This document shows positions 49,306 to 59,277 of a stretch of 64,000 bases of DNA, one piece after another (the stretch's first letter is position 1; the number at the start of each line of letters is the position of its first letter). The translations under genes and the position numbers were made by a program. Origin of the DNA: Clostridium sp. (GTDB lineage: Bacteria; Bacillota; Clostridia; Lachnospirales; Lachnospiraceae); assembly GCA_021770825.1 (NCBI GenBank), contig JAETQD010000010.1:62227-126226 (forward strand), in the 5' to 3' direction. The notes beneath the pieces were generated by a model, which was not told the DNA's origin, ran no database searches, and saw only the letters and a program-made list of their open reading frames with translations.

Positions 49306-50255
49306 TTTTCTGCCACCCGCTTATATTTTCTCTTGAACTGGTACATGGCTGTATCCGCCTGTTCCAGTATTTCTTCCAGTGTCTGCGTTTCTTTCCCGTC
49401 TCTGTTCACCTCTGCCACTCCAAAGCTGAAGCCAATGGGGTACATCTCACTGCTTCCTGCCATGAAGTGCTGCCTTGCCTCCTTAAGCTTTCTTTCGGCA
49501 AACTCGCTGGGACAGTTCTCCATAATAATGCAGAACTCATCGCCTCCGATTCTGGCAAATACGTCAGAGATTCTGAAATGGGACCGAATGGTATCGGTGA
49601 ACTTGCGGATGTATTCATCTCCTGCCAAATGTCCGTAATGATCGTTAACATACTTGAGGTCATCCAGATCCATATAGCAAAGGGCCGCTTTCCTGCCCGA
49701 TTCCAGAATATCCTTCATGGTTTCCTCAAAAAACAGGCGGTTGTAGATTCCGGTGGAGGCATCATGATAGGCCTTGTTGGTAAGGCGTCTGGTCTTCTGT
49801 CTCTCATTGGTAATATCGTCAATGACATGGGCACAGGCATGTTTTCCCCTCCATTCCATCTGAAAGGAGGTGACGTGATAGACCGTATTGTCCTTGCTTT
49901 CCGCATCCCATTCCTTAACCTGTTCAAAATTCTGTACATCCAGGATTCTGTCCAGACAGGGCAGACGTTCCGTACAGGTATCGCAGTAGGATACGCCGTC
50001 TTCCTGTACCTTTTCCCGGTTGCAGTAAAGAATGTCTCTGGTCTCCATGTCGGCCACCAGAATCCATTCCTGTCTCTTTTTTGTGAGCTCTGTCAGAAGC
50101 TCCATCTTTTGGATGGCGTTCTGTAACTCCATGAGTCCCTGTCCCAGACATTTATGTTCTTCGTCCAGGGATTCCAAATCTATGGCTGTAATATGGGAAT
50201 CGTAAAGGATGCTTTGTATATACTCAAGTAAAATTCTGCAGCTTTCATTTTCCAT
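49275..50255 (-). CDS. GGDEF-domain diguanylate cyclase with an N-terminal sensory region
   Basis: …YNRLFFEE…CYMDLDDLKYVND…RIGGDEFCII… (GGDEF motif present). Confidence 0.8.
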   Translation of the reverse strand: MENESCRILLEYIQSILYDSHITAIDLESLDEEHKCLGQGLMELQNAIQKMELLTELTKKRQEWILVADMETRDILYCNREKVQEDGVSYCDTCTERLPCLDRILDVQNFEQVKEWDAESKDNTVYHVTSFQMEWRGKHACAHVIDDITNERQKTRRLTNKAYHDASTGIYNRLFFEETMKDILESGRKAALCYMDLDDLKYVNDHYGHLAGDEYIRKFTDTIRSHFRISDVFARIGGDEFCIIMENCPSEFAERKLKEARQHFMAGSSEMYPIGFSFGVAEVNRDGKETQTLEEILEQADTAMYQFKRKYKRVAENWKSGDDISM

Positions 50256-50276
50256 ATTCGAGTCTCCAAGTCTTTT

Positions 50277-51338
50277 TTAATTAATTTTTTCTAAAATTGC
50301 ATCGCCGACCTGTGAAGTGGATGCTGTGCCGAAAAGGTCCGGTGTCAGGTACCTGCCATCCTCCAGTACGGCCTCGATGGCGTCCAACACCTTCTTTCCC
50401 CAGTCCTCATGACCGAAGAAGTCTAACATCTGGGAAGCTGCCCATACGGATGCCATGGGGTTTGCAATTCCCTTCCCTGCAATATCAGGTGCAGAGCCGT
50501 GAATGGGCTCAAACATGGACGGATACTTCCGCTCCGGATTTAAGTTTGCTCCGGCTGCCAGACCCATTCCGCCGGAAATGGCGGCACCCAGATCGGTCAG
50601 GATATCTCCGAATAAATTGCTGGTCACCACCACCTCAAACCGCTTGGGGTCCTTTACCATGAACATGCTGGCGGCGTCCACCAGATAGGAATGGGTTTCC
50701 ACATCCGGGTACTCCTCGCTCACCTCTTTAAAGATCTGGTCCCAGAAAACCATGGAATAGTTGAGAGCATTTCCCTTGCTGATGCTGGTCAGACTGCGTT
50801 TTTCCTTTCTTGCGGTCTCGAAGGCATAGCGGATAATCCGCTCACATCCCACTCTGGAAAAAACTCCGTCCTGGATGACCACCTCATTGGGCTTATTTTT
50901 AAACAGCCAGCTTCCGCTTCCGGCATATTCTCCCTCGCTGTTTTCCCGAATGAAGGTCATATTGATATCTTCCCGGGCCACATCCTTTAAGGGACAGGGA
51001 GCGCCCTTTAAAAGCTTCACCGGGCGCAGGTTCACATACTGGTCAAAATTCTTACGGATCGTCAGCAAAAGGTCCCAGAGGGAAATATGGTCCGGCACTC
51101 CGGGATATCCCACTGCCCCCAGGTAAATGGCATCAAAGCCCTTTAAAATTTCGATTCCGTCCTCCGGCATCATACGGCCGTTTTTCAGATAGTATTCACA
51201 GCCCCAGGGAAACCAGGTATCTTCAAACCGGAACTGGCCGGAGAGCTCCGACACCCGCTTTAACACCTTCATTCCCTCGCGCAGCACCTCTGGTCCCACG
51301 CCGTCACCGGGAATCACTGCAATTTTATATGTATCCAT
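50277..51338 (-). CDS. Tartrate dehydrogenase/decarboxylase family (isocitrate/isopropylmalate dehydrogenase superfamily)
   Basis: MDTYKIAVIPGDGVGPEV… N-terminus and overall length match TtuC/D-malate dehydrogenase. Confidence 0.75.
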   Translation of the reverse strand: MDTYKIAVIPGDGVGPEVLREGMKVLKRVSELSGQFRFEDTWFPWGCEYYLKNGRMMPEDGIEILKGFDAIYLGAVGYPGVPDHISLWDLLLTIRKNFDQYVNLRPVKLLKGAPCPLKDVAREDINMTFIRENSEGEYAGSGSWLFKNKPNEVVIQDGVFSRVGCERIIRYAFETARKEKRSLTSISKGNALNYSMVFWDQIFKEVSEEYPDVETHSYLVDAASMFMVKDPKRFEVVVTSNLFGDILTDLGAAISGGMGLAAGANLNPERKYPSMFEPIHGSAPDIAGKGIANPMASVWAASQMLDFFGHEDWGKKVLDAIEAVLEDGRYLTPDLFGTASTSQVGDAILEKIN

Positions 51339-51358
51339 TCTTCGCCCCTCCATCCTCT

Positions 51359-52093
51359 TTAGTTTTCTTCGATATTGTGCAGCGACCAGGCGCGGATGTT
51401 GATGGTCTCCATCGCCAGACCGCAGTACTCACAGAATTTGGCCCCCAGATTTTTTAAGGGCGCTCCACAGTTGGGACAGTTGACACCGAACGCCTTCATC
51501 TTTTCCGGCAGCTTTTCCACATCCTGGACATATACCCACTCCATATCATAGCGGGTCTGCTTCTTTTTAAGTTCCGGCTCCTTTTCCTCTTTCTTCCATC
51601 TGGCATACCGGTACTCCACCGCCGACTGGAACACCACCGTACAGCACCCGGCAGCCTTTTCGTATCTGGAAATGGCTGACTGGTGAATCCTTATGTTCTG
51701 GAATTTTTCCCGGATTCCCTGCCTCTTATCATCCTCAATCCACAGGCGGATCTGATTTTTCAAATCCGGGGACGGATTCTTTAAACAGGCCATATCCTGG
51801 TTTTCCACTGCAGCAAGGGCTTCTTTTAGCTGGTTTTCCGATTTTTGGAGAAATTCCTCATAGGAAAACTCCGGAAAATCTTTGATGATTCTCGGAAGGC
51901 AGAGCTTTGTCATTCCCGATACGGATTTTGGCCTTTCTGCCGCCAGCTCCTCCTGCTTTTTTATCCCCTCGATCAGGGAATCCGTTCCAAAGGCAGCCCT
52001 GGAAATCCGTTTCAGTTTCTGCTGAATATAAAACACACTGATTCCGGCCCCGATCACCAGAACCAGAATAACGATCAGAATGACTTCCTTCAT
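51359..52093 (-). CDS. Membrane-anchored protein with a C-terminal zinc-ribbon (CxxC…CxxC)
   Basis: N-terminal TM segment MKEVILIVILVLVIGAGISVF. C-terminus NCPNCGAPLKNLGAKFCEYCG. Confidence 0.4.
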   Translation of the reverse strand: MKEVILIVILVLVIGAGISVFYIQQKLKRISRAAFGTDSLIEGIKKQEELAAERPKSVSGMTKLCLPRIIKDFPEFSYEEFLQKSENQLKEALAAVENQDMACLKNPSPDLKNQIRLWIEDDKRQGIREKFQNIRIHQSAISRYEKAAGCCTVVFQSAVEYRYARWKKEEKEPELKKKQTRYDMEWVYVQDVEKLPEKMKAFGVNCPNCGAPLKNLGAKFCEYCGLAMETINIRAWSLHNIEEN

Positions 52094-52962
52094 ACGGCCT
52101 CCCCCGAACCGGACGCATACCAGGAAATCAGCTCATCCAGACAGCTTTTTGCATCCTGATATCCGGTTTCGTACGTTCCAATAATCTCGTTCCCATCGTG
52201 GGACATTCGCCCGATGGTCAGGGCCTTTGACGGGCGGATTACAAAGATTTTCCCCTCCGCCTCCAGCCGCTCAATTTCTTTTATGGTCTCATTGTATACT
52301 CTCGGACGGCTTTCCAGGGTTTTTGCAAACTCCGGATACCTGCGGTAAAACCGCCTGGCCATGGCAGAGTGTCCCTCTTTTTTCATATAGCCCTTTTCCC
52401 TGGTGAGGACCACCACATTTCTCTCGAACCCCATGTCCATAAAAGCCTTTACGGGGATACTGTCAGCGCAGCCGCCGTCCAGAAGCTTTTTCCCCTCCGC
52501 TTCCACGATCTTTGACACATAGGGAAGAGACGCCGAGGCCCGCATACAGTCGATCTGGGTCCTCATGTCCTCCATTTTAATATATTCCGCCTTCCCGGTC
52601 TCCACATTGGTACAGGTCACATAGAACTCTGTTTTGGACCTTTGAAAGGCATCGTAATCATAGGGATCCAGCACCTCCGGCAGATCATGGTAACAAAACT
52701 TCTCATCTACAATGTTTCCGGTGCGGAAGAAATTCCAATAGCTCATGAACCGCTTATCCCGGTAATATTTTTTATAGTAGCGGATACTTCTTCCCTTCTG
52801 GTTGGAAACAAAAGAGCACCCGTGGATGGCTCCGGCGGAAACCCCGATGACACCATCAAAGGTAATCCGGCGTTCCATAAATGCATCCAGAACTCCGGCC
52901 GTATAAATGCCCCGCATGCCGCCGCCTTCCAGCACCAGACCTGTCTTTTTTCTGTTTTCCAT
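52090..52962 (-). CDS. Patatin-like phospholipase
   Basis: GGGMRG oxyanion motif and GVSAG nucleophile motif. Confidence 0.8.
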   Translation of the reverse strand: MENRKKTGLVLEGGGMRGIYTAGVLDAFMERRITFDGVIGVSAGAIHGCSFVSNQKGRSIRYYKKYYRDKRFMSYWNFFRTGNIVDEKFCYHDLPEVLDPYDYDAFQRSKTEFYVTCTNVETGKAEYIKMEDMRTQIDCMRASASLPYVSKIVEAEGKKLLDGGCADSIPVKAFMDMGFERNVVVLTREKGYMKKEGHSAMARRFYRRYPEFAKTLESRPRVYNETIKEIERLEAEGKIFVIRPSKALTIGRMSHDGNEIIGTYETGYQDAKSCLDELISWYASGSGEAV

Positions 52963-53072
52963 CGCTGTCTTTCACTCCTTTGCCAGTCTGATTCCCGTGT
53001 GTTTCTATTCTATCCTATTCTCTCCTTCAAGTCAAGGAACCGCAAAGAAGGGCCGGCATAATGCCAGCCCTT

Positions 53073-54185
53073 TTATGTCTCTGCTCCGGAAGTCCCCATA
53101 AGCTCCGAAAGCTGCTCCAGGATTCCTGTTCCGCCATGGAGGGAAATGGTTCCCACCTTGTCACAGATTTTCTCCAGATACTCAAGCTCTTTTAACTTAA
53201 ACAGGGTTTTGTTCTCCTCCATGAGTCTTGCCGTATTCAAAAGGCTTCTGGTGGAGGCCACCTCTTCCCGCCTCATGATCACGTTGGCCTGGGCCTTTTT
53301 CTCAGCCACCAGCACCGTATTCATGATGTCGCGGATTTCACCGGGAAGAATGATGTCCTTGATGCCGCCGCCTGTCACCTCCACACAGAGCTCCTCCTGC
53401 TTTTCTCTCATTTTTTCTAAGATATAGCGCCCGATTTCCTCCTTCTGGGCCAACAGCTCATCCAGACGGTACTTTCCCACATACTCCCGGATAATCAGCT
53501 GGGCCGTGGTATAAAGCTGGGTGGAAGCTCCGTCTACATTCTGTACCAGGCGCTCCGGGTCTGTGATCCGGTACTGACAGATGACGTTGAGTCTCACGCC
53601 CACCTTATCGGCTGTCAAAATCTCCTGGCCGGAAATTTCAAGCTGCTGAATCTTCATGTTGAAGATTTTCGCAGTTACCTCCACTCCGTAATTCCAGAAA
53701 TACCAGGTTCCCGGCCCCAACTGCTTCTCAAACCGGTTATCAAAATACAAAAGTCCAAGTTCTCCGTCCTTTACCACGATCTTTTTATAGAACTTCACCG
53801 GAAGCAAATCCATATACATTCTCGGAATGTTCTGGTCCATATACGGATTTGTGATATTCAGAATCCGGAACTCATTCTTCTCATACACATTCCAGAACCA
53901 GGTTTCCGCCTCTGTCAGCACCTGGCGGTAGGCACCGTTTACAAAGTGCAGGGCAATGGAAGTATCGGGAAGCTTCGCCGCCGTTACCCTGGAGGCGAAC
54001 TCCGGGCACTGCATCAAAACATCCATGGGTATGTCCTTAGTGTCCACCTTTCCGGTCATGGGAACGATCAGAACCTCATAACCGAGATTTTTAAAATATG
54101 TATGCTTTCCAGCCAAAAGGAGTGTCACAAAGCGGCCGTTTTTCATGAGATAGCCGCATTCCTGCTCTTTAATCATCCATTTCAT
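53073..54185 (-). CDS. SPFH/Band-7 (slipin-like) domain protein with no obvious TM anchor
   Basis: The C-terminal 200 aa fit the SPFH domain plus coiled coil (…RLNVICQYRITDPERL…AEKKAQANVIMRREE…). Start chosen at MKWMIKEQ, which has AGGAGG 8 nt upstream. The track's 85-aa extension was rejected. Confidence 0.6.
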   Translation of the reverse strand: MKWMIKEQECGYLMKNGRFVTLLLAGKHTYFKNLGYEVLIVPMTGKVDTKDIPMDVLMQCPEFASRVTAAKLPDTSIALHFVNGAYRQVLTEAETWFWNVYEKNEFRILNITNPYMDQNIPRMYMDLLPVKFYKKIVVKDGELGLLYFDNRFEKQLGPGTWYFWNYGVEVTAKIFNMKIQQLEISGQEILTADKVGVRLNVICQYRITDPERLVQNVDGASTQLYTTAQLIIREYVGKYRLDELLAQKEEIGRYILEKMREKQEELCVEVTGGGIKDIILPGEIRDIMNTVLVAEKKAQANVIMRREEVASTRSLLNTARLMEENKTLFKLKELEYLEKICDKVGTISLHGGTGILEQLSELMGTSGAET

Positions 54186-54543
54186 TTCGCATTTCCTCCT
54201 TAAATTCTTTCCTGTTCCCGCTGGTCTCCCGGCTTCCTGACGGCCGCATACAGATGGTGCAGGCGGTATCCAATCCGGTGCAGGCTTTTTTGGAAGTGCC
54301 CGACGGCCGGAAACCGGACTCCATACGGTCGTTTGGTTGTAAATCATCTCTTTTTGAACATCCGGTCCGGTATACCGCCCGGCATCGCCGCCGGCACCCC
54401 AAGGGCCGCCCCTATGGCATCCCTCCGGTTCTGGAGCCATCTGTTCCTTTGTCTTTCGACACCTACATCCTACCGTTTTTTTCCAGAAAAATCATTTAAA
54501 AAAAGTTGCGAACCTGCTCATACTATCCTTGGAGGTGATAACA

Positions 54544-54684
54544 ATGTGCCATAAACCGCGTAAAACCAATTCTGACCGCTACGGCGATGGTGATATTCCG
54601 AAGGTGGATACAGACCCGTACAAAAATGTGGAACCGCTTCCCGAATCCAAACGGGAACGCCGCGATGGCCCCGGAGGAGAGTAG
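54544..54684 (+). CDS. Small hydrophilic protein (46 aa), not in the ORF track
   Basis: GGAGGTGATAACA before ATG. Translates to MCHKPRKTNSDRYGDGDIPKVDTDPYKNVEPLPESKRERRDGPGGE. Confidence 0.3.
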   Translation: MCHKPRKTNSDRYGDGDIPKVDTDPYKNVEPLPESKRERRDGPGGE

Positions 54685-54728
54685 AGGCTTTATGCCTCTA
54701 TTTTTCTCCGGACAGGATTCTTCCTTGT

Positions 54729-54757
54729 CACCTCTTGTCCGTTTCCTACATATCATA
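54729..54757 (+). promoter_or_regulatory. Candidate sigmaK-type sporulation promoter (AC-17-CATATCATA) upstream of the Cys/Pro-rich peptide gene
   Basis: tcACctcttgtccgtttcctaCATATCATAtagc matches the Bacillus subtilis SigK consensus AC-N16/17-CATANNNTA. It lies about 33 nt upstream of the ATG. Confidence 0.25.
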
Positions 54758-54789
54758 TAGCATATCAAATATTTAAATGGAGTTATCCC

Positions 54790-54972
54790 ATGCCAGATAA
54801 TTATAATAATCTTTTTCAAAACAATCCCATGCAGGAACAGCAAAACCACCGCCCCTGGGGCTGCCCGCCATGTCCACCCTGCCCGCCCCCCCGCTGCCCC
54901 GGCGACCGTTGGGACAACAGGCCCGGAAATCGCTGGAACAATCCAGGCGGCAGCAACTGGCCCTGGAGATAG
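54790..54972 (+). CDS. Small Cys/Pro/Asn/Trp-rich protein (60 aa). Candidate spore coat/crust or metal-binding peptide.
   Basis: MPDNYNNLFQNNPMQEQQNHRPWGCPPCPPCPPPRCPGDRWDNRPGNRWNNPGGSNWPWR. Ribosome-binding site AAATGGAG. Followed by a double-hairpin terminator. Confidence 0.5.
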   Translation: MPDNYNNLFQNNPMQEQQNHRPWGCPPCPPCPPPRCPGDRWDNRPGNRWNNPGGSNWPWR

Positions 54973-55009
54973 AAACAGAGCCGGGAGCTGCTTTCGCAGC
55001 TCCTGGCTC

Positions 55010-55046
55010 CGACTCCGGCAGCCCGTAAGGCTGCCGTATTTTCTCG
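55010..55046 (+). terminator. Rho-independent terminator. A further upstream hairpin at about 54976-55008 also serves the convergent histidine kinase gene.
   Basis: Hairpin gagccgggagctgc-tttc-gcagctcctggctc, then cggcagcc-cgtaa-ggctgccg followed by TATTTTCTC. Confidence 0.45.
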
Positions 55047-55102
55047 AATTCCATTCACTCTCTCTGCCAGTTTGCGCCCGGGCAGGCAACATCTTGGCAT
55101 TA

Positions 55103-58090
55103 TTATTTAGCGGTTACCTTTTTCAAAGCGGTGGGATTGCCCATCCACCGCTCCATGCAGTTCAGCAGCAGCTCGACATTCAATGGTTTCGTCAGATGTT
55201 CATTCATCCCCACCATTTTACTGCGCTTGATGTCTTCTACAAAAGCGTCCGCCGTCATGGCAATAATCGAAATTTCCGATGCATCTCTCCGGTCAAGATT
55301 CCGGATTGCAGACGCTGCATCATATCCATTCATGACCGGCATCTGAATATCCATAAAAATCAGGTCATAGTAGTTCTCGCCCATCTGCTCAAATCGCTCC
55401 ACGGCTTCCCGGCCATTGGACACACTCTCCACAATAACGCCGGTCTGACCGATCAGCTCCTCCGCAATCTCCTGGTTCAATTCATTATCTTCCGCCAGGA
55501 GAACGCGTCTTCCCTGCAATTTCTTTTCCGCTATAAGATTCCCACCGCGCTTTTTCGGGATTTTATCCTCTCCGACAATCTGATTAAACAAATATACCAG
55601 CCTGGACTTAAAAAGTGGTTTTGAGATAAAACCATTGACTCCGGCACTGCGGGCTTCCTCCTCCACGCTGCTCCAATCATAAGCTGACAGAATAATAATC
55701 GGAACATCCGGACCAACCTTCTTGCGGATTGCTCTGGCAGTCTCAATCCCATCCATCTCCGGCATCTTCCAATCCAAAATTACGGCAAAAAAGTCTTCCC
55801 CTGCCTGATGCTGTTCCCAAACTCTCCTCACAGCATCTTTGCCGCACAGTACATATTCTCCCTTCATGCCGATATTTTCCAGAATCAGGCAAGTCATCTC
55901 ACTTGCCTCCTGATCATCGTCCGCAACCAGTATCGGCAGGTCCAGTAAATGTTCCGTACACGGTTCTGCAGTATCCGCAAGCCGGAAAAACAGCGATACT
56001 GAAAATTGTGTTCCTTTTCCAATCTCACTTTCCACTGTAATATCGCCATTCATCCTTCGGGCAATATTTCTCGCAATGGTCATTCCCAGACTGGTTCCTT
56101 CTATCTTACTGATCCGCGAATCCTCCGCCCGGCTGAAGGGCTCAAACATTCTTTCCTGGTATTCCCGGCTCATACCGATTCCCGTATCCCGGAAAACAAA
56201 CTCATATCTGCCATATCCATAGGTGTTTGAATGCTTTTCCGTAATATCCATATCAATTCTTCCGCCTGAAGGAGTGTACTTTACGGCATTGCTCAGTATA
56301 TTCATAAAAATCTGCTGCAGCCTCATAGAATCACCGATCACGCACTCATGCGTGACATTTCCGATATGCACAGAAAATTCATGGTTCTTCTCCTCCATGG
56401 ACGGCCGGATCATCGTTACCAGATTTCCAATCAGATCAAACAGATTGATTTCCTCTTCCGCAAGATCAATTTTTCCGGATTCTATCTTGCTCATATCAAG
56501 GACCTCGTTAATCAGCGACAGAAGATGTCTGCTGGATACGGTAATCTTCCCAAGACAATCCTCCACGCGGTCCCTGTCATCCAGATATTTTCCTGCAATG
56601 GCAGTCATACCAATAATCGCATTCATTGGTGTTCTGATATCATGGCTCATTCGCGACATGAACTCACTCTTGGCCGCGTTTGCATGATTAGCCGCCTCAC
56701 AGGCTTCCTTGAGAGCCTGATGTTCCTTTTCTTCCTTCAATTTGCTGTCTGTCACGTCCTGGGCAACGTACAGGGCACGCTTCGGTCTACCGTCATAAGT
56801 CGTCTCAGCCAGTATAATGGTCGCACGGATCCATGCTTTTTCTGTATCCCTGTCGGTCTGTTTCCTGTATTCAATAGCAGTCAGAGGCTGTTCGCTGCTC
56901 AGCATTTTAAGAAGCTTCGGGTACGCAATATGATCCAGATACGCCTCCTGGTCATCCGGGTGAACAAAGCACTTTGCATACATCTGGATTCCCTGTTCGT
57001 AATTTCTCTCATCTCCCAGGACGCTGCCAACTTCCGCCTTCTGCGTGATCGGCCGAAATGTGTTCTTTTCCAGATCAATATAGTAGGTTGCAAAAAACAT
57101 ACTGCTGAGACAGCTGATGATCGATCTCTTTTCCATCGAATCCCTGAGGGCATGCTCCTCCGCAAGCTTTTCTTTTGTGATATCACGGCCCAGTATGTTG
57201 ACATTGATATCGGTTCCCTGCCGTATGTATAATATATGCTCTTCCGTCCACAGGATCGGATTTCCTTTGTGGCGGTATTGTACGACTTCTTCTTTAAATT
57301 CCTGTACACCGGCAGCATTCTCCCGGAGCTTATCAAACGATAAGGCATTCCAGAACCGCTCTTTGTCCGCATCCACCACCGCATTCTCCAAAGCCTGACG
57401 GATATAAATGGAGTAATCGCCGACCACTGCTCTGTCGGAATCGGTCTTTCTCAGATAAAGGCGTTCACACAATCCCGTTTCCAGATCAACTGTGTTCAAA
57501 ATGCTGTAACCTGATTTTATAATAGCAGCCATCCTTTTATCATTCCGGGACTGCCTCATATCCTTCTTCGTCTGCTCATCTACGTCCTGAAATGCCAGAA
57601 TCACATACGGATCGCCATTATACTTCTCCTTAAAATGGGCAGTTACCAAAACATACCGCCATTGCCCCTGTACCAAGGCCCTGCATACCAGTGTCTTCTT
57701 TTCTCCTGCCTTCCATGCCGTCCGCATCCCTTCCATGGAGAACATATTACTATACATTTCCCGGTCTTCTGATGCGATATAACGAATTCCTCTGTTAAAA
57801 AAGCTGCTGTCCCAAAGAAAAATATCCGACTGGAAAGTCTCTTTGACTAACGGTGTTGTCCGAACGATACTGACACCGCCGGTACTTAAATCCACAACAT
57901 AAACAGCGAAATTGTCTTCTCCAAGCGCATTGATGATTTCCTGATTGCGGATATTGATTTCTTCTCTTTCCAGGCCCTCAATCAGAATGTCATGTACATC
58001 CTTCAAATAAACCATGACACTTTGATTATCATCCGCATAATCAAAGGCCGGAACAATCTCCAGGGTATGCCAGCGAAATCTGTCCCCCAT
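55103..58090 (-). CDS. Soluble hybrid sensor histidine kinase with a ~470-aa N-terminal sensory region (PAS-like), HisKA, HATPase and two C-terminal REC domains
   Basis: HisKA SHDIRTPMNAIIGM. HATPase DTGIGM…GTSLGM. REC1 ILVADDDQ…DWKMPEMDG. REC2 VLLAEDNELN…DIQMPVMNG. No TM segments. Visibly more AT-rich than the upstream core. Confidence 0.85.
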   Translation of the reverse strand: MGDRFRWHTLEIVPAFDYADDNQSVMVYLKDVHDILIEGLEREEINIRNQEIINALGEDNFAVYVVDLSTGGVSIVRTTPLVKETFQSDIFLWDSSFFNRGIRYIASEDREMYSNMFSMEGMRTAWKAGEKKTLVCRALVQGQWRYVLVTAHFKEKYNGDPYVILAFQDVDEQTKKDMRQSRNDKRMAAIIKSGYSILNTVDLETGLCERLYLRKTDSDRAVVGDYSIYIRQALENAVVDADKERFWNALSFDKLRENAAGVQEFKEEVVQYRHKGNPILWTEEHILYIRQGTDINVNILGRDITKEKLAEEHALRDSMEKRSIISCLSSMFFATYYIDLEKNTFRPITQKAEVGSVLGDERNYEQGIQMYAKCFVHPDDQEAYLDHIAYPKLLKMLSSEQPLTAIEYRKQTDRDTEKAWIRATIILAETTYDGRPKRALYVAQDVTDSKLKEEKEHQALKEACEAANHANAAKSEFMSRMSHDIRTPMNAIIGMTAIAGKYLDDRDRVEDCLGKITVSSRHLLSLINEVLDMSKIESGKIDLAEEEINLFDLIGNLVTMIRPSMEEKNHEFSVHIGNVTHECVIGDSMRLQQIFMNILSNAVKYTPSGGRIDMDITEKHSNTYGYGRYEFVFRDTGIGMSREYQERMFEPFSRAEDSRISKIEGTSLGMTIARNIARRMNGDITVESEIGKGTQFSVSLFFRLADTAEPCTEHLLDLPILVADDDQEASEMTCLILENIGMKGEYVLCGKDAVRRVWEQHQAGEDFFAVILDWKMPEMDGIETARAIRKKVGPDVPIIILSAYDWSSVEEEARSAGVNGFISKPLFKSRLVYLFNQIVGEDKIPKKRGGNLIAEKKLQGRRVLLAEDNELNQEIAEELIGQTGVIVESVSNGREAVERFEQMGENYYDLIFMDIQMPVMNGYDAASAIRNLDRRDASEISIIAMTADAFVEDIKRSKMVGMNEHLTKPLNVELLLNCMERWMGNPTALKKVTAK

Positions 58091-58141
58091 TTTTCGCCGG
58101 TACGAACAGGTCAGGACTTTTGTCCCCTTTTTAAACTCCTT

Positions 58142-58820
58142 CTACAGCTTCGATATCTGTATAAAATGGAGATATCGCTCCAAATCCTCCTTATAGATAT
58201 ATTTCCGGCTGGCAATTCCTTCCATCCACGCAGAAAACGAATCCATATACTCTCTCATATCCAGCATTTCCGCTTCATCCACGTTGATGATGTCAAACGT
58301 ATCGCTGCTTAAGTTGGCCCGCAGCACTTTGTGATATACCTGATTCGACACCTCCGCGTGCGGCGTTACTGTGATCAAAAAAGCGAGAATCTCATCTTCC
58401 CAACAGATTCTCGTTGCAGCAATCTCCACGGCCTTTCCGAAGGGATCATCATAACTGAACGAACGGGCCTTATCCCCGTTGCCAATATAGAGCAATGGAC
58501 AGTTCCCGCATGTTCCTTTCCATAGCTCATGACAGACCATACCTATTTGTATGTTCGGTGCCACATCTTTTACCCGCTTGTTATAATATAAAATCAAGTT
58601 TTAAAAGTTTGTTATATGTTAAATACAGGATCTTTTTATCTTGAGGTATCAACTCACACAAATACTGAATTGCTGTAGTTTTTCCGCTTCCTATACATGC
58701 CTCCACAAGAATATTCCCACCTTTTAGAGCAAATTCAATGAACTCTCTTTGCTCTTCAGACAAGCTGAATTCACTATTTCTTATCTTCATGTGTTCATAC
58801 CCCCCCTCTTTCGCTATCAA
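58142..58820 (-). pseudogene. Frameshifted and 3'-truncated UvrD/PcrA-like helicase remnant (N-terminal ~225 aa only)
   Basis: The 58820-58581 fragment carries Walker A (NILVEACIGSGKTTAI). A +1 frame at about 58590 continues with IGMVCHELW (motif Ib-like TFHSFC) and FDIINVDEAEML (motif II-like). A stop follows about 40 aa later and motifs III-VI are absent. Confidence 0.5.
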
Positions 58821-59152
58821 TCAACATTTCTAAGCATTCCTTAAATCTCCCATCATGCTCTTACGTAGCACTCTTGCTTCGTTCATAAATGTCTGCCGAA
58901 CATCTTTTAATAAATCAATGTAATTTTTTCGTTTAAAACATCAAGCTCATTACTGCCATACAGCACTTCCTACTTGCCGAAAAAGTATTCTTACACCCAA
59001 AAATATTTCTTCACTTTAGGCTGCCTATCCCCCTAGGTAAATCAATTCCCTCATACCCATTCTACGGAAACTTAAAACACACATCCATATTTGCCCCAAA
59101 TCACCCAACCGCTTTGATTTAGCGGGCTTTCCTCGACAGCAGAGCGACTGTC

Positions 59153-59254
59153 TCAACATGTGTGGTTACCGCAGTTGAAACACATATCCTCTGCCTCGTG
59201 TCCTGAAAAAGAACACATATCGTTATCATTCAACAAGTCGTGATTATCGCTCAT
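59153..59254 (-). CDS. Small Cys-rich ORF (33 aa) immediately downstream of the recombinase, not in the ORF track
   Basis: Perfect AGGAGG 9 nt upstream. Translates to MSDNHDLLNDNDMCSFSGHEAEDMCFNCGNHTC (C-x10-C-x2-C-x4-C). Begins 24 nt after the recombinase stop. Confidence 0.3.
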   Translation of the reverse strand: MSDNHDLLNDNDMCSFSGHEAEDMCFNCGNHTC

Positions 59255-59277
59255 TTTAAAGCTCCTCCTTGTTGTTT

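Noticed and set aside
53073-54440. 85-aa N-terminal extension (MAPEPEGCHRGGPWG…) of the SPFH protein in the ORF track
   Set aside because: The Pro/Gly/Arg-rich extension has no ribosome-binding site. A strong AGGAGG sits 8 nt before the internal MKWMIKEQ start, and the extension coincides with the intergenic region.
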